NCBI GenBank assembly: GCA_000165425.1
Contig: CT868263.1
Coordinates: 186,001 to 250,000, forward strand
Source: Paramecium tetraurelia
Taxonomy: Eukaryota
Length of the DNA stretch: 64,000 bases
Reading direction: 5' to 3'
In this document: in pieces, positions 24,899-38,410 of the stretch
How the letters are laid out: every line of letters starts with the position of its first letter
How positions within the stretch are numbered: the stretch's first letter is position 1
Notes under the pieces: generated by a model
What the model saw: only the letters and a program-made list of their open reading frames with translations
Told to the model about the DNA's origin: nothing
Database searches by the model: none
Program-made: the position numbers and the translations under genes

Positions 24899-26354
24899 AT
24901 GGGATCATGTGCGTCAATGAAATAAAAAAAAATAGATGGAAATATTTAAATTGCAGCATATAAGTGAATATATGTTATAATTACAGAGTTTGCATAACTG
25001 CTTTCATCTGGAATAAAGAAAGTCATAACTTATTCGATTTCGAGAGTCACCAAGCATGCCGAAAAGAGCTGGAACTAGATTTTTCAGGTAACCTTGTAGT
25101 TCAATATGAATTAGCAACACTTTCGATGGTCGATAATTAAATTATAGCATTAAGTGAAAATGTAAATTTATTATCACATATTATGAAGGAATATGTTAAA
25201 AAACAGGTTCAGCTCCTTAAAGTTGATTGTGAATAAGATTACGTGACTCTGTCAGGAATGAGTTAGAAATCAGATTAAAGAGTGTGGGCAATACTATGCA
25301 GAAGACCAGAATTTGAGTCATTGAATGTAAAAATATAAATGAAAACAAAAAGGAATGGGAATTATAAACAGGAGATATTATCAAATTAGGAAGAATGAAA
25401 TTACAATTACTCGATTTTAATTATGATTTAGATGCATTGCAATAATAAAAAGACTAAACTGACATTAATGATGAAGAAATATAGTCCTAAGATCTAGATC
25501 CAGATGGTTGTTAATGTAGAATTTGTTTCTAAAAAACTGCTACAGTTTCAAATCCTCTTTTTAGTCCATGCAAATGTAAATTATTTTAACTTAAATTGCA
25601 GGTATCGGTTCCATGAAATATGTCCATCTTCATTGTTTATAAGTTTGGATTTAGTAATCAATTAAAGTTAAAAATCAGTAATCTTCAACCTAATACATCT
25701 GGAAGAAAATGGAGTGTGAAATTTGCAAAATGCCATTAAAAAGCACATATACCTACTAAAGGTAGATCTTCTGTATTATGCAAATTCAGAAGCCTATAGT
25801 GCCTTATATGATTTGGAAAATCACTTCTGATGACAAATCCAAGGAAGGCATCATCTAGGTCATGGAACTCTAAGATAAAGCAGAAATTAAAATTGGGAGA
25901 ATACCCGACTGTGATATCAAACTTAAAGATATTTCAGTGTCCAGAAGTCATGCCTTAATCAAAGTTATCAAACAAGAAGATAATCACTTCAAACTTATTC
26001 TCTAAGATAATAATTCCAAATTTGGGACTCTTCTATATGCCTAGTCCGATAAACTTCTCAAGTATAATTTACCATCATTGCAAAAAGTACTTTACTAGAT
26101 TGGAAGAGTCCTATTATACATTCAATTTAAGGATAAAGGCAAGTCCTATAATAAACAGTAAATCTCCATTTCATTAACTTAGATTCACTTGTTACAAACA
26201 CCCTGATAAAATTGTAGTCCAAACAAAAATAAATCAAAATGAATAAGCCACAATCATCCCGAATGTTGAAAAAGATAAGGATAATCAACTATCATTTTAA
26301 ACTAATAATGAATTACATTAAGAAGATATCGTAATTAATGTAAAATAAATATGA
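24899..26354 (+). CDS. FHA-RINGv-FHA E3 ubiquitin ligase-like protein, N-acylation motif
   Basis: Starts MGSCAS. RINGv CRICF...PCKCIGSMKYVHLHCLQVW...CEICK. FHA IKIGRIPDCDIKLKDISVSRSHA...DNNSKFGT, and an N-terminal FHA-like GDIIKLGR. Confidence 0.9.
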
Positions 26355-26404
26355 ATACCTATTAACTAATTATATTATTTATTTATTAAATATTTGTCTG
26401 TTAA

Positions 26405-27140
26405 ATGATATAAAAATTAAACAAGTGGGATTGCATAATTGACCCTATAATCAAGAACAATTAATAGATGTAAGTGACTAATTAATCATTTTAGTGGAGG
26501 TTTGTATCTGGCGGATATAGATTGTGCATTAAGCCAAGAATTATTATCATCATTATAAGTAGGTGCCTTGCTTAGTGTTATTGATGAACCTAAAGTAACT
26601 ACCTCTCCAAGTATAATTCATCATGTCATCAACATTCCGGATTGCACTGAACAAAACATTCAAGAATTTTTCCCCAAAACTAATGAATTCATTGAAAGGC
26701 ATAGATAACATACTAATGTTATGGTTCATTGCTTCGCTGGAATCTCCAGAAGTGCTTCAGTCGTTATTGCGTATATAATGCAAAAGTTCAATTGGGGATT
26801 TCAAAGAACTCTGAATTCAGTTGTTGCAAGGAGACCCTAAGTCAAACCAAACTCAGGTTTCGTCAAACAATTGATTTAATATGAAACCTAGAATAGAAAT
26901 AGGTCCGCTTCTCAATAGAACAGAATTTTAAATACCATTAACACTGTGATTGATAAAATGCCTTATCAATCAGATAGTAAAAATAATAAATACTTTTAAC
27001 CGTCCAAATTAGATATAAATTAACTGGAAATGGAAATTACTAGGAGACAATAAGATTTACAATTATTAAGGATGAAATATTAACAACTAAACGACAAGAT
27101 TGTTAACAGAAACAATGTCTACGTATCCGCTTTTGAGTGA
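26405..27140 (+). CDS. dual-specificity protein phosphatase
   Basis: GGLYLAD, IPDC, catalytic VMVHCFAGISRSASVVIAY, RPQVKPNSGFVKQL. Confidence 0.93.
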
Positions 27141-27184
27141 AACCATCTAAAACACTTATATATTATTTAATTCCATTTTTAAAT

Positions 27185-27923
27185 CATCTTTTTTTCCATC
27201 TATTTTCTAATCCATTTCTATCAATATTGCTTATGGATTATACTTTTTATTAAAGAGATGATATTTACCTTATAAATAGTATTATATAAAATAACTACTT
27301 TCTTTTAATAATTTAAAAGCAGTGTCAAAACTTCTTTTGGACAAATCTAATATTAGAATTACATCCCAATCTGTGCACTGAGGATATATTTATTACAGTT
27401 CCTCAAATAACAATTAAACTAAGTAAAATCTTTTCATACATAGTTCTTCATTTCTTTAATATAACCTCACACATCTAGGACGAAGACTTGAACTTTGAAA
27501 CTGCAACTATTAACATTGAGTGCCCAAATGAACATTCTTCTCCTTCCTTTACACTTATTCAATCTTAATTTTCATTTTATTTTATTTTTATTCAGATTTA
27601 GATACTTTACTATTTTTCTTTTGATTTCTTGTTTAAACTTATTGAACTAATGATTTGCATGAGTCATCTTCATAAATTTTACCTGACTAAACTAAATCAT
27701 CCAAATCTAAGAGTCTTGAACCTTATAATTGAATAGTGTTGCTAAATCCCATAGTATTTAATTTATCATTTTCAACTATCATCGAATTTTAAGATGTTAT
27801 GAACTATTTATTTGATAGCTCAATGTTTTGATGAGAAGCAAAATTGCAGAAATAAGGAAATGCCCAAGATTCCCCTTTTAAATATAATTATGCAAGCAAC
27901 TCAAAGTAGTTAAGCTTACTCAT
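27185..27923 (-). CDS. hypothetical protein
   Basis: Code-6 ORF MSKLNYFELLAQLYLKGESW... The 3' end is uncertain because of an intron near 27270-27300. Confidence 0.6.
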
Positions 27924-28007
27924 TTGATAATTTATTTATTATTAATGCTTGAATGATACTTTAGATATTTATTGTATAATTAGTTTGTTAATATATAAAT
28001 TTCATAA

Positions 28008-29880
28008 TCAAATTTTTTTATGCATTTTGATTAGGGAATGAATGTCTTCCAAAACTCTAAGCTTATTTTATGTTGTGACTTATTCTTGTTTCACCTACAA
28101 CACTTATCTTGATTGAATTTCCCTTTCACTTTCATAAATTCTAACTTTCTCTTCAATCTATAAATTAATTTAAACGATTTACTTGTTTTAATGAGTACTG
28201 ACTCTATTCAATTTATTATTTGTATTTAGCTGATTTCTAAGCGTGCTTGAGGATTTCCTCTTCTTATGACTTTATTTTCTGCTTAAAATCATTCTCCCTA
28301 TTCTTGTACTCCTTAACCTCTTCTTTACTTTAAGCTAACTATTTAACAAGATGATCAATTTTTATTTCAATTTCATCCATTGTTTTATCGTTCTCATGTT
28401 TCGTCAATTAGATATCATTTTCTAAATCTCTATTATACTGTTAGGTTTTTGTTAACTGTTCCTATAAATGAAGAACTTAATTTTTAAGCTAAAATATTAT
28501 ATTTTAAGTATACTTATTCTATGCTACGAAAATCTTGTCGAGATTACAATTCAAATTCTTCAATCTTTTGTTTCTTTGTCTATAAAACTGACTTTTAATC
28601 TTAAATTTCAAGTACGAGACTTTAGATTCTATTCTCCGCTGTTAACAATTTATTTTATTAATTATCAACAACAGATTTAAGTTCAGAATTGATCTATTAT
28701 AATTTCTAATAATCTTAAATTTGAATTTAATGATTCTTCTCTTCATTATCAAGTAATCTTTAAAAATCAATGATTTTTTAATTTAAATTATCAATTGATT
28801 ATTTTTACTCATTAATTTTTTATTTCTTTTTTTCAAGTTAATCTTTGTAATTAGATACTCTCTTTTCAATTTCTGATTCTTAAGCCTATAAAAATATCTG
28901 CTACTGCTTTTCAACTTTAGCTAATTAAGCATAAGCCTCATCATATTTATAAGTAGCTTAATCTAACTATTGCTTATAGTAATTGGCTTATTAATTTAGA
29001 TATTCTATCTAAGATTGTTAATCAGCATCTCTGTATCGAAGATCCTAATACATTTATTCAAAATATCGAATTTGCTCATCTCTATTAATTAATTCATCTC
29101 TTTATTTTCCTAATTGTTCCTCCAATTCCTTATTTTATTCTTCTTGATTTTTTCTACGTCTAACAAATATGATTACATTTCATTTGAAAAATCTTCGCAT
29201 AATTTTTATACTCTTTCAAGTTCCCTCCCAAAGTTTTAGCCTTGTTCTTCATAAACTGTCTCTGCTTATTTTAACTAATCCCTCAAAGCAGTTAATTTTT
29301 ATTTCTTATCTCCTAATTTTTATTTTAATATATGATTTTGCTATTGTAATTCTTCAATCAACTTTTCAGACGTCTCTGCTTTGATTTTAACTTCTTTGGT
29401 ACTCGCATCACCCTTATTAATAGAATCCATTAATTATCTATTTTCTTATTCCAATGCTCTAATTTATTTATCCTTAGCTGATAACTTCCCTTCTAACTCT
29501 TTATTAACAGTCATATATTCCTTAAGTGTAATCTATTGTAGCTTATAAAGAATTGTACTTTTAACTCCTTATTTAATATTCTTATTCTTTCATATTTTTC
29601 TCTTTCCTACAAATCCTTAGCATTCAAGGTATCCCTTAATCTACTTATTTACTCCAATGACCCACTCTGTCTACGTCTTTCTCTTGAAGAATCATCACTA
29701 GGCGTTTAGGTATAAGAATTACTCATCATCATTGAGTTTGCTTGGCCTCGATCTGCCTATAAAATATGTGACAGGTTATTGAGGAGTGGGTTCATACTAC
29801 ATGATCTAGTCGATCTACTGACTTGTTTTCTTATAACGATCCATGAGTTTATTGACATTTCTCTCTAATCGGTTATCCAT
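28008..29880 (-). CDS. coiled-coil protein
   Basis: MDNRLERNVNKLMDRY..., long E/K/Q heptad-rich ORF, ends LRVLEDIHSLIKMHKKI-TGA. Confidence 0.8.
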
Positions 29881-29889
29881 TATTTAAAT

Positions 29890-31874
29890 TCAAAATTATT
29901 ATAATTCAGGTTAACTTTATTTTCTTAATTCTTACGAATCAATCATTTTCATCTCAGATTCTATATGCTACAGGTCATGGAATGGGTTCTTCTCTTCTAC
30001 TGACAATTCCAATTTTTGTGATTGCTTAAGTTATTCTTCATTTTCTTTGTTCTCTATCTCCTTTTCTTTCTCTTTTTCTTTCTCTTTCTCCATGTCAATA
30101 TCCACATTCTTTTAATTGGACTTTTAATTGTTATTATCATCATCATCTTCAATCAAATTAACTAAGTCAGAATCCTTATGATTATTTACGACTAACACTT
30201 CACTATGTGACAATTTTACACTCTCTGGCTGCCCATCTCCAATATTTAAATTCTATTGCTAATCATCTAAATCCTCTTCTTCTTAACTTACATCGAAGGG
30301 AGAGTGAATTTATTATAGAAATATTCTGGATGATCTATTTTACCTTTGTATTAAAGCATAAAAATGATCAATTTCTATTTTGCTTAATTAAATTTCCACC
30401 GAATTGAGTATCTCCAAATAAGCCTATAATAATTCTATAGATTTACATCAATATTGATGTATCCACTCGTATAAGTTTCTGGATATTTCTTCATTATAAT
30501 GTCTGAGATCTCATTCCTTTTCTTCATTATCTATTGATTGATATTACTGAGTTATTCTACAGTTAAGATCTAATAGTTTTCCATCAAAGTTTTAAAGATA
30601 CTTCTTACTCTAGCACTAGTCGTTGTTTCTGTTTCATTTTCAACATCGGCTAAATAGATGGCTGCCATCTCTACTTATTCATTTGATGATAAACCAAAGA
30701 TTCTATTTGACAGATTTTACTTTAACTATTATTGAGTTAGAATTTCATCTGTTAATAGGTATTCTTCAACTTATTAAATTGAAATCTTCAACCCAATCAA
30801 ATTCAATTTGACTTATCTTGCAATAGCTAAAATATCATTTTTATCCACATTGATAAATTTCTTTTTTTACATTTCAATTTCTTCTTATAATTATCCCTAC
30901 TCTTCAGGAGGTTATGGCCCATTGTTTTTTATAAGGATAGTCCTTTTTTATTAGTATTTTTATAGTTTTTCTAATTCATATTCTCTTTACAAAGTTTCAA
31001 ATTGTCTCTTTTGTTCAGCAATCCTTTTTTCCAAATTCTCTATTTATTCTTAATGATCTGCCTACAGTTTTTACATTTAGTTTTCCAAATACTTGTTCTT
31101 TTATCTTTCATTCCTCAAATCAACCATGGCTTGATCATAACCCAACTGCAATTGCTCTTCAATCTTCTTATTGTCTTTCTGTTGTGGTCTTTCAAGGAAA
31201 TATGTATCTTTCTTCTTTAGTTCTGCAATTTCCAATAGTAATTATGCATTGAGATTCTTGATTTATTTATATTTATTTAAGATTGCATTATATTTTATGT
31301 TCATTTTACTGTAATTATTCTAAATCTAATAAATTTTCAGTACTTGTGTTTATATAACTGACTATTCCAATTGCTAAATTAATTACGTCATTCTCATATT
31401 GTCTTCACTAAGAGACATACACAATCCTTCTACGTTGTTTTTGCTTTATGGACTCTGCAATTGATTGATATATGATGCTTATTCCTATAATTATTGTTGC
31501 AATTTGAAGTTCAAGTCCTACATAAATATTTAATATACTTCCAGTTTAGTGATTTTCTCCAAAAACCCTTACTTTATTCTAACATTATTCTTTTGAGGAG
31601 CACTTTCTTCTTTTAAAAAGGATTGCACTTCTCTCTTGAAATATTAATTTTTAGATTAAAACTATCGCAATGCTAATTTTAAGTGATTGTTTTCTTATTT
31701 CAGATTTTAAACTTCCTCATAAAGACTCTCTTTATCATGAATTATATATTTAGCTCTCATTTTACTGGCTTCTGCATTATCAAGCGTTCTATTTCTCGAA
31801 TTTAAATTAAATCTATTCAATTGCTTTAAAGATTGCACTTAATGTGATTTCTATATTTATGATAATGATAGCAT
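29890..31874 (-). CDS. coiled-coil hypothetical protein with acidic C-terminus
   Basis: MLSLSQIQKSHQ...HDKESLYEEV..., coiled-coil middle, ends QPELQQF-TGA. Confidence 0.75.
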
Positions 31875-32206
31875 CCTTTTATTATATAATTAATTATAAA
31901 ATTACAACATTTATATGAGCTATTCAAAATAAATGCATCATTCTCATCACATATTCAAAACTAAGAGCTTTAATTCCTTCCAAGCTAACTTCAATTACTC
32001 AAAAAGCAAAACGATTAGGATTTATTCATTTTATGGCAAAAATAATCATCATTAATAAATATCGATAGCAAACTATACTTAAGTGTGCATTCTGAATGGA
32101 TCTCAGAATCAATATATAATTTAAATTATGGATGAGTATAGAAGTAACATTAAGATAGTAGTAGGGAAGGCAAATTACAATTATAAAATATTAAACTTAA
32201 TTCAAT

Positions 32207-33102
32207 TCACTTTTTTAATGAGTTCTCCACTCTATTACATGTTTCGTTGATTAATCTAATAATTGTTCTCTCTGTTTCCTCCCTTTGCGATTTCTCTTCA
32301 GCTAATTACAATGATAAAATGCTTGTTATTTCCTGGACCATCATCTGCATCTGATTCTGAGATTCTTACCTCTATTATTTCTCCGTATTTATTGCTTCTT
32401 AAACTGAGAGAACTTATTCTCCTATTCTACCTATAATATTCTAGCAATACACCTCTCTTTAAATAAATAAGTTCCTTACCTTTCTTTTCTTTCGTTTTCA
32501 ACATTCCCTCTTAATTCATGCATCTTATTTGTAAGATCTTAAGAGTACTGTGCCTCAGTCTCTTATCTGTATTACCTTTATCTTAATAATTTCATTTTGA
32601 TATAGTGTGATTATTCATCAATCTACTTAGTAATTTTGACTTAATTATCTATTCTCTTTATTTTGTCCTTCATTAATTCATTCTTAACATGTGTCTCAAA
32701 TTTTTTCAAATCTTTCTTCTTAAAATTATCATTATTATTCTATCAATAAATTTTATTTAAATACATTTCTAACATTTTATTCATTCGATAACATCTCACC
32801 CATCTTATTCAACCGATTTTATAACGATGTGAGCCTTTGTAAATCATTTTAATGAGCTTTCTAAAACTTTTCATCAATCTAATTTAATTTTTCCTCATAA
32901 ACTTCTTTTTTGAAGGAATGTTAATCATTAATTTGTATTTATGAATGCTTAAATCTAATCTCCTCAATTTGTGCTCTACTACCAGAACCTATATAATTGA
33001 GGAGTTCCGCTTACTTGAACTTCTATAAATGGGAGATAAGATCTATGATGAGTTTGTGTTTTTGGTTGAATTAGGTGATAAATAAATTTTACTATTTAAC
33101 AT
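32207..33102 (-). CDS. SF-assemblin / beta-giardin family (striated rootlet, kinetodesmal fibre) protein
   Basis: S/P-rich head, then 29-residue-type coiled coil ending EKSQREETERTIIRLINETCNRVENSLKK. Three tiny introns. Confidence 0.82.
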
Positions 33103-33620
33103 AAAAAATAAATTATCCAAATAATTTTTTTAAACATACATAATTAAATGTATCTAATTTTAAAACCATGTTGAAGAAAACTATTTAACATAAAAAAATA
33201 AAACAAAATTATTCTTTAGAAAAAAACACTAATAATCTTATAGATTCAACCTAATATTGTTTTTGGATCAATAAATCATATTAAAGTTATATATAATATT
33301 GACATATTTAGTATTAATGATGATATATTAAAGAAACTTATTATTATGTTTTACGATTATAAACAATTAAATTATAAATTATTTGTAACAAAATAAATTA
33401 TTAATAGTTTGAAGAACCTATGAGAAATTACAATTGAACCCAATTTAATATAAATTTTTAATTCATTAAGGTTTCTGACTTTATTAAATATATATATAGA
33501 AGTGAGTAAATATTTAATTATAGAAATGCACATATTAATTATACAATAATATAAAGTTTGAAGATGAATGTTGTGATAATGATAATAAATACAGATGTGA
33601 TGACTTAATATATAAAAATA

Positions 33621-34790
33621 TCATCTTCCTAAGCTTCTAATCACTTCGCTTGTAAATTGATCTGTTGTAGCATTACCACCAATATCTTTAGTTTTAATCT
33701 AAAAAACAATTAGAATGGTTAATTACTTTTTTATCTTAGATAGTATGTTAAACAGCTCTGCAAATTTAATCAGCAAAGTTTGGTAAGCCTAGATGTCTTA
33801 ACAAAAGAGTGGAAGATACTAGCATAGCAGAAGGATTCACAACATTTTTGCCTAGAATATAAACATTATTATTACCTGCGATATCTCTTCCTGTATGTCT
33901 ACAACCTTGGGAAAAGAGAGCGTGATCTTTACCAATTGATGCTCCAGCAGCCATACCAACTCCTCCGGTGATACCAGCCACAACATTTTATACAATAGAT
34001 CCATAAAGATTTGGCATGACCATCACATCAAATTGAGTTGGGTTTTTGACCAATTACATACAACAATTATCAATGATCATTTCTTCATATTTAATAAAAG
34101 AGTATCTTTGAGCCACTTCTCTACAGGCCTATAAGAATAGTCCATCAACAAGCTTCATGATATTAGCTTTATGGACAGCTGTGACCTTTCTTCTGCCACT
34201 AAGATGAGCGAACTCAAATGCATATTCAGCTATTCTTAGAGATGCTTGTTTTGTGGTCACTTTGATTGATTCTACAACTCCTGGATAGACTTCATGTTCG
34301 ACACCTGAGTATTCACCTGCGAGATAGTTAATTATGGTATTACCTTCTGTATTTTCTCTTATCACGACTATGTCTGTATTATTATGTCTTTGTGTTATTC
34401 CTTCCACAGAGAAGGCAAAAGTAATATTGGAATATAAGTCTAAGTATTTATAGAACTTGTAGTTGTCTGTATATTTCTAATTCTTCTCAGTCATCACACC
34501 TAAAAGAATGCATTCATTTTTTCTAAGTTGACTCTTTGAATCGTCATTCTCGAAATTGAAATTGTCTAACACATCGAATTTGATTGGAACGTGTAATGCT
34601 TCGAAGACAGTCTTTACACTATCTAACATTCGCTATATTTATTACTTGTTATTTCAGGTCCAATTCCTACTCCAGGAATCAAAGTGACATTTTTTAATGC
34701 TCCTTCTCCAGGCTTTTATAAATAGTTTTAAGACCATGCACCTCGGAGTTAAGGATTTTAACGAAAAGCTGATCTAATGCAATTCCTCAT
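33621..34790 (-). CDS. NAD-dependent isocitrate dehydrogenase, non-catalytic (beta/gamma-type) subunit, mitochondrial
   Basis: [66 protein letters not shown] (lacks the catalytic-subunit DILSD Asp pair), TKDIGG. Four introns. Confidence 0.93.
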
Positions 34791-34953
34791 AAATAAATTT
34801 TTATAAAATATATTTATATCATGATTGTGCTCATAAGAACCCCCATATCATAGAATAATTCATATTATTATTATAAATTATTATTATATAATTTTATTAT
34901 TTATGTCATAATATAATATATATATTATAACTCTATTAGTTAGTCATTTGATT

Positions 34954-36057
<1,104 letters not shown>

Positions 36058-36955
36058 ATATCCCTGCTACATTTCGAATTCTGGCAATTCATTTGAAGTT
36101 TCAGAAAGGAAAATTTATTAACTAAAATAACAAATACATTTTTAAAGTATTATATTTCATTCACTTATAATCATTACGCAAAGATATTGTTGCTCCTTTC
36201 TTCATCTAATTAAGTCGTGACTATTCTCAAGCATCAGAACATCATATTCCATATAAATCTTGGATCTTCATTACTTCTCTATTTGTGCTAATTACCTATA
36301 AATCTAGTGCGTTATTTCAAGCCGGTTGACATCCCTGCTATTTTAAATTAAATAAAGCATTCAATAACTATCACTCAATTCATTCTTTAATTATTGTCTC
36401 TACAACGCTTTTGTTTAAATAAGCTGAATTTGACACTTCCACATTAAAGAACATAAGTAATAATATAATATTGACATATACTAGAGAATGCTAATCAATA
36501 ATCATTGAATAAACAGATTTGGAATATATTTTATTTCGGTTTATTTACAAATTAATTTATTTTATGATTAATAAAAATTAACTTTTCAAGTATTTCTTTA
36601 TTATAAATAGTACCTTTTTGATTGAAGTATAAATGCAATTAAGATACAATCAATGTATAAAATGACTGTAATCCATTAACATGACTATATTGATAGCAAA
36701 TAAATGTCATATTTAACAATGTAGTAAATAAAAACATGAGTTGTTTTTTATTCTATAGGCTTGGATTGTATTAGTAGTAATACTCTTTTATTTTTATGAT
36801 CCTTTATGTGAGCTATAATGGAAACACTTATGTAATTTAGAATATAAATAAGATGATCATTTTTTTAAATTAGTTATAAAAAGAAAGATATTTTGAATTT
36901 ATTTAGCTGTAAATTCATATTTATTATATTTATTCAGATAAGTCTGAATACTCAC

Positions 36956-37546
36956 ATGCTTTCTTCTCCTGTTGAAACAAGATTCAAAAATAATAGGGAA
37001 TCTATGTCAAACATAACAATCAATAAACTAGTACAACCGAACAATGGTCAATTGAAGAAATCTCATTATTATTCACAAAGTCATCAAATTTTGGATTAAC
37101 TAATAGATGAAAATCATTTTTTTATTCCCAAATACAGTTTGAGAAGAGTTAAATATTCAGATTAAAATAGTAAAACTGCATTTTCTAATTACTTAGTTAT
37201 GAAAAACTAAACAATAGAAAAATCATTATAATCCTAGTTAATCGATAAGTATTTGCATGAGAACAGCATTCAACTTCACCGAATTAAGCCTTTTAAGTAA
37301 ATTGCCTTCAAAGAATTAGTATCCTCTTCATAGGCTAATAAGACAATAAAAAAATAAGGGAATATGAACACAGAACCAAATTAGGATAAAAAAACACTAC
37401 CCTTAATGCCTTAATCAAAATAATCCCAAGTCGTTGCTGATTTATACAAATTCACCTTTTATAGTCCCAAGACCTAAGAGAATAAACTTAGATTGCCTAA
37501 GGAATTCTTAATTCAACCTTGCAGCAGAAAAAAATATTTTATATGA
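36956..37546 (+). CDS. hypothetical protein
   Basis: Code-6 ORF MLSSPVETRF...FTFYSPKTQENKLRLPKEFLIQPCSRKKYFI-TGA. Confidence 0.75.
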
Positions 37547-37611
37547 GTAAAGTTATTGTATCTATATATATATATAATTTAATTATTAATTGTAAAATTC
37601 ATAAGAATTTG

Positions 37612-38134
37612 ATGTCTGTGAAGAGAATAGCATCTCCTTAAAGTAACAAATGCCACTCAAATGGTCGATGCCATGAGATTAAGACCAATCAAAGACTAGA
37701 TTGTTTTACTAGTACAAATTGCAAAATTGATAAGGTATTCAAGTCTAAGGGTTATTAGTTTCTAGAGCAGTAGACATCAGTTAACTTATGCTACGGATCA
37801 AAGACATTTGAATTGCTTAACAAATAAGACTTTGCTAAAAGATAGAGATTCTAATCAGAGAAAATAAATGATTAATTAATTACTACAAGAGAACATAAAA
37901 TTGAAAGAGCAAAATGATAAAAATAACAGATTAATAGAAATGTTAATCGATGAAAGAACAGATCTCAAACGAGTTACTAGTCTTCACATTCCTCATGAAA
38001 GAGATATTTAACAGTCAAAAACAAATTTTAGGCTTTAAAGTCCAAGTTAAATGGAATTTACATTTTATAAAAGTCCTAGTAGAGGCCTGCCTAAAGAATT
38101 CTAAATAACTCCGTCTAGGAAAATGTTTTTTTGA
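37612..38134 (+). CDS. hypothetical protein with short coiled coil
   Basis: MSVKRIASPQ..., intron near 37735-37760, LLQENIKLKEQND..., ends FTFYKSPSRGLPKEFQITPSRKMFF-TGA. Confidence 0.7.
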
Positions 38135-38410
38135 GAATTAAAAATACTGATATTTTATTAAATATTTGCTCTATAATTATACTAAATCAATAAAATTTCA
38201 TCATGACCTATTACTTAAATAGGACAATAAGAACTGATCTATTTTAAGCACAAGTAAAATCAGAAATTAATTTATTTGTTATAAAATTGACTCGTATAAT
38301 TTTTATAATGTAATTTATTATAAAACAATACTAACTCTAAATATTTTAACTAAAAATTAAATTCTCTAAAAATTAGACCAAATAATAAAATTTTCAAACA
38401 AATTATATCA

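Noticed and set aside
28468..31220. Several hydrophobic plus-strand ORFs in the ORF track
   Set aside because: They are antisense to E/K/Q-rich coiled-coil genes. The reverse complement of such codons gives spurious F/L/I-rich frames.
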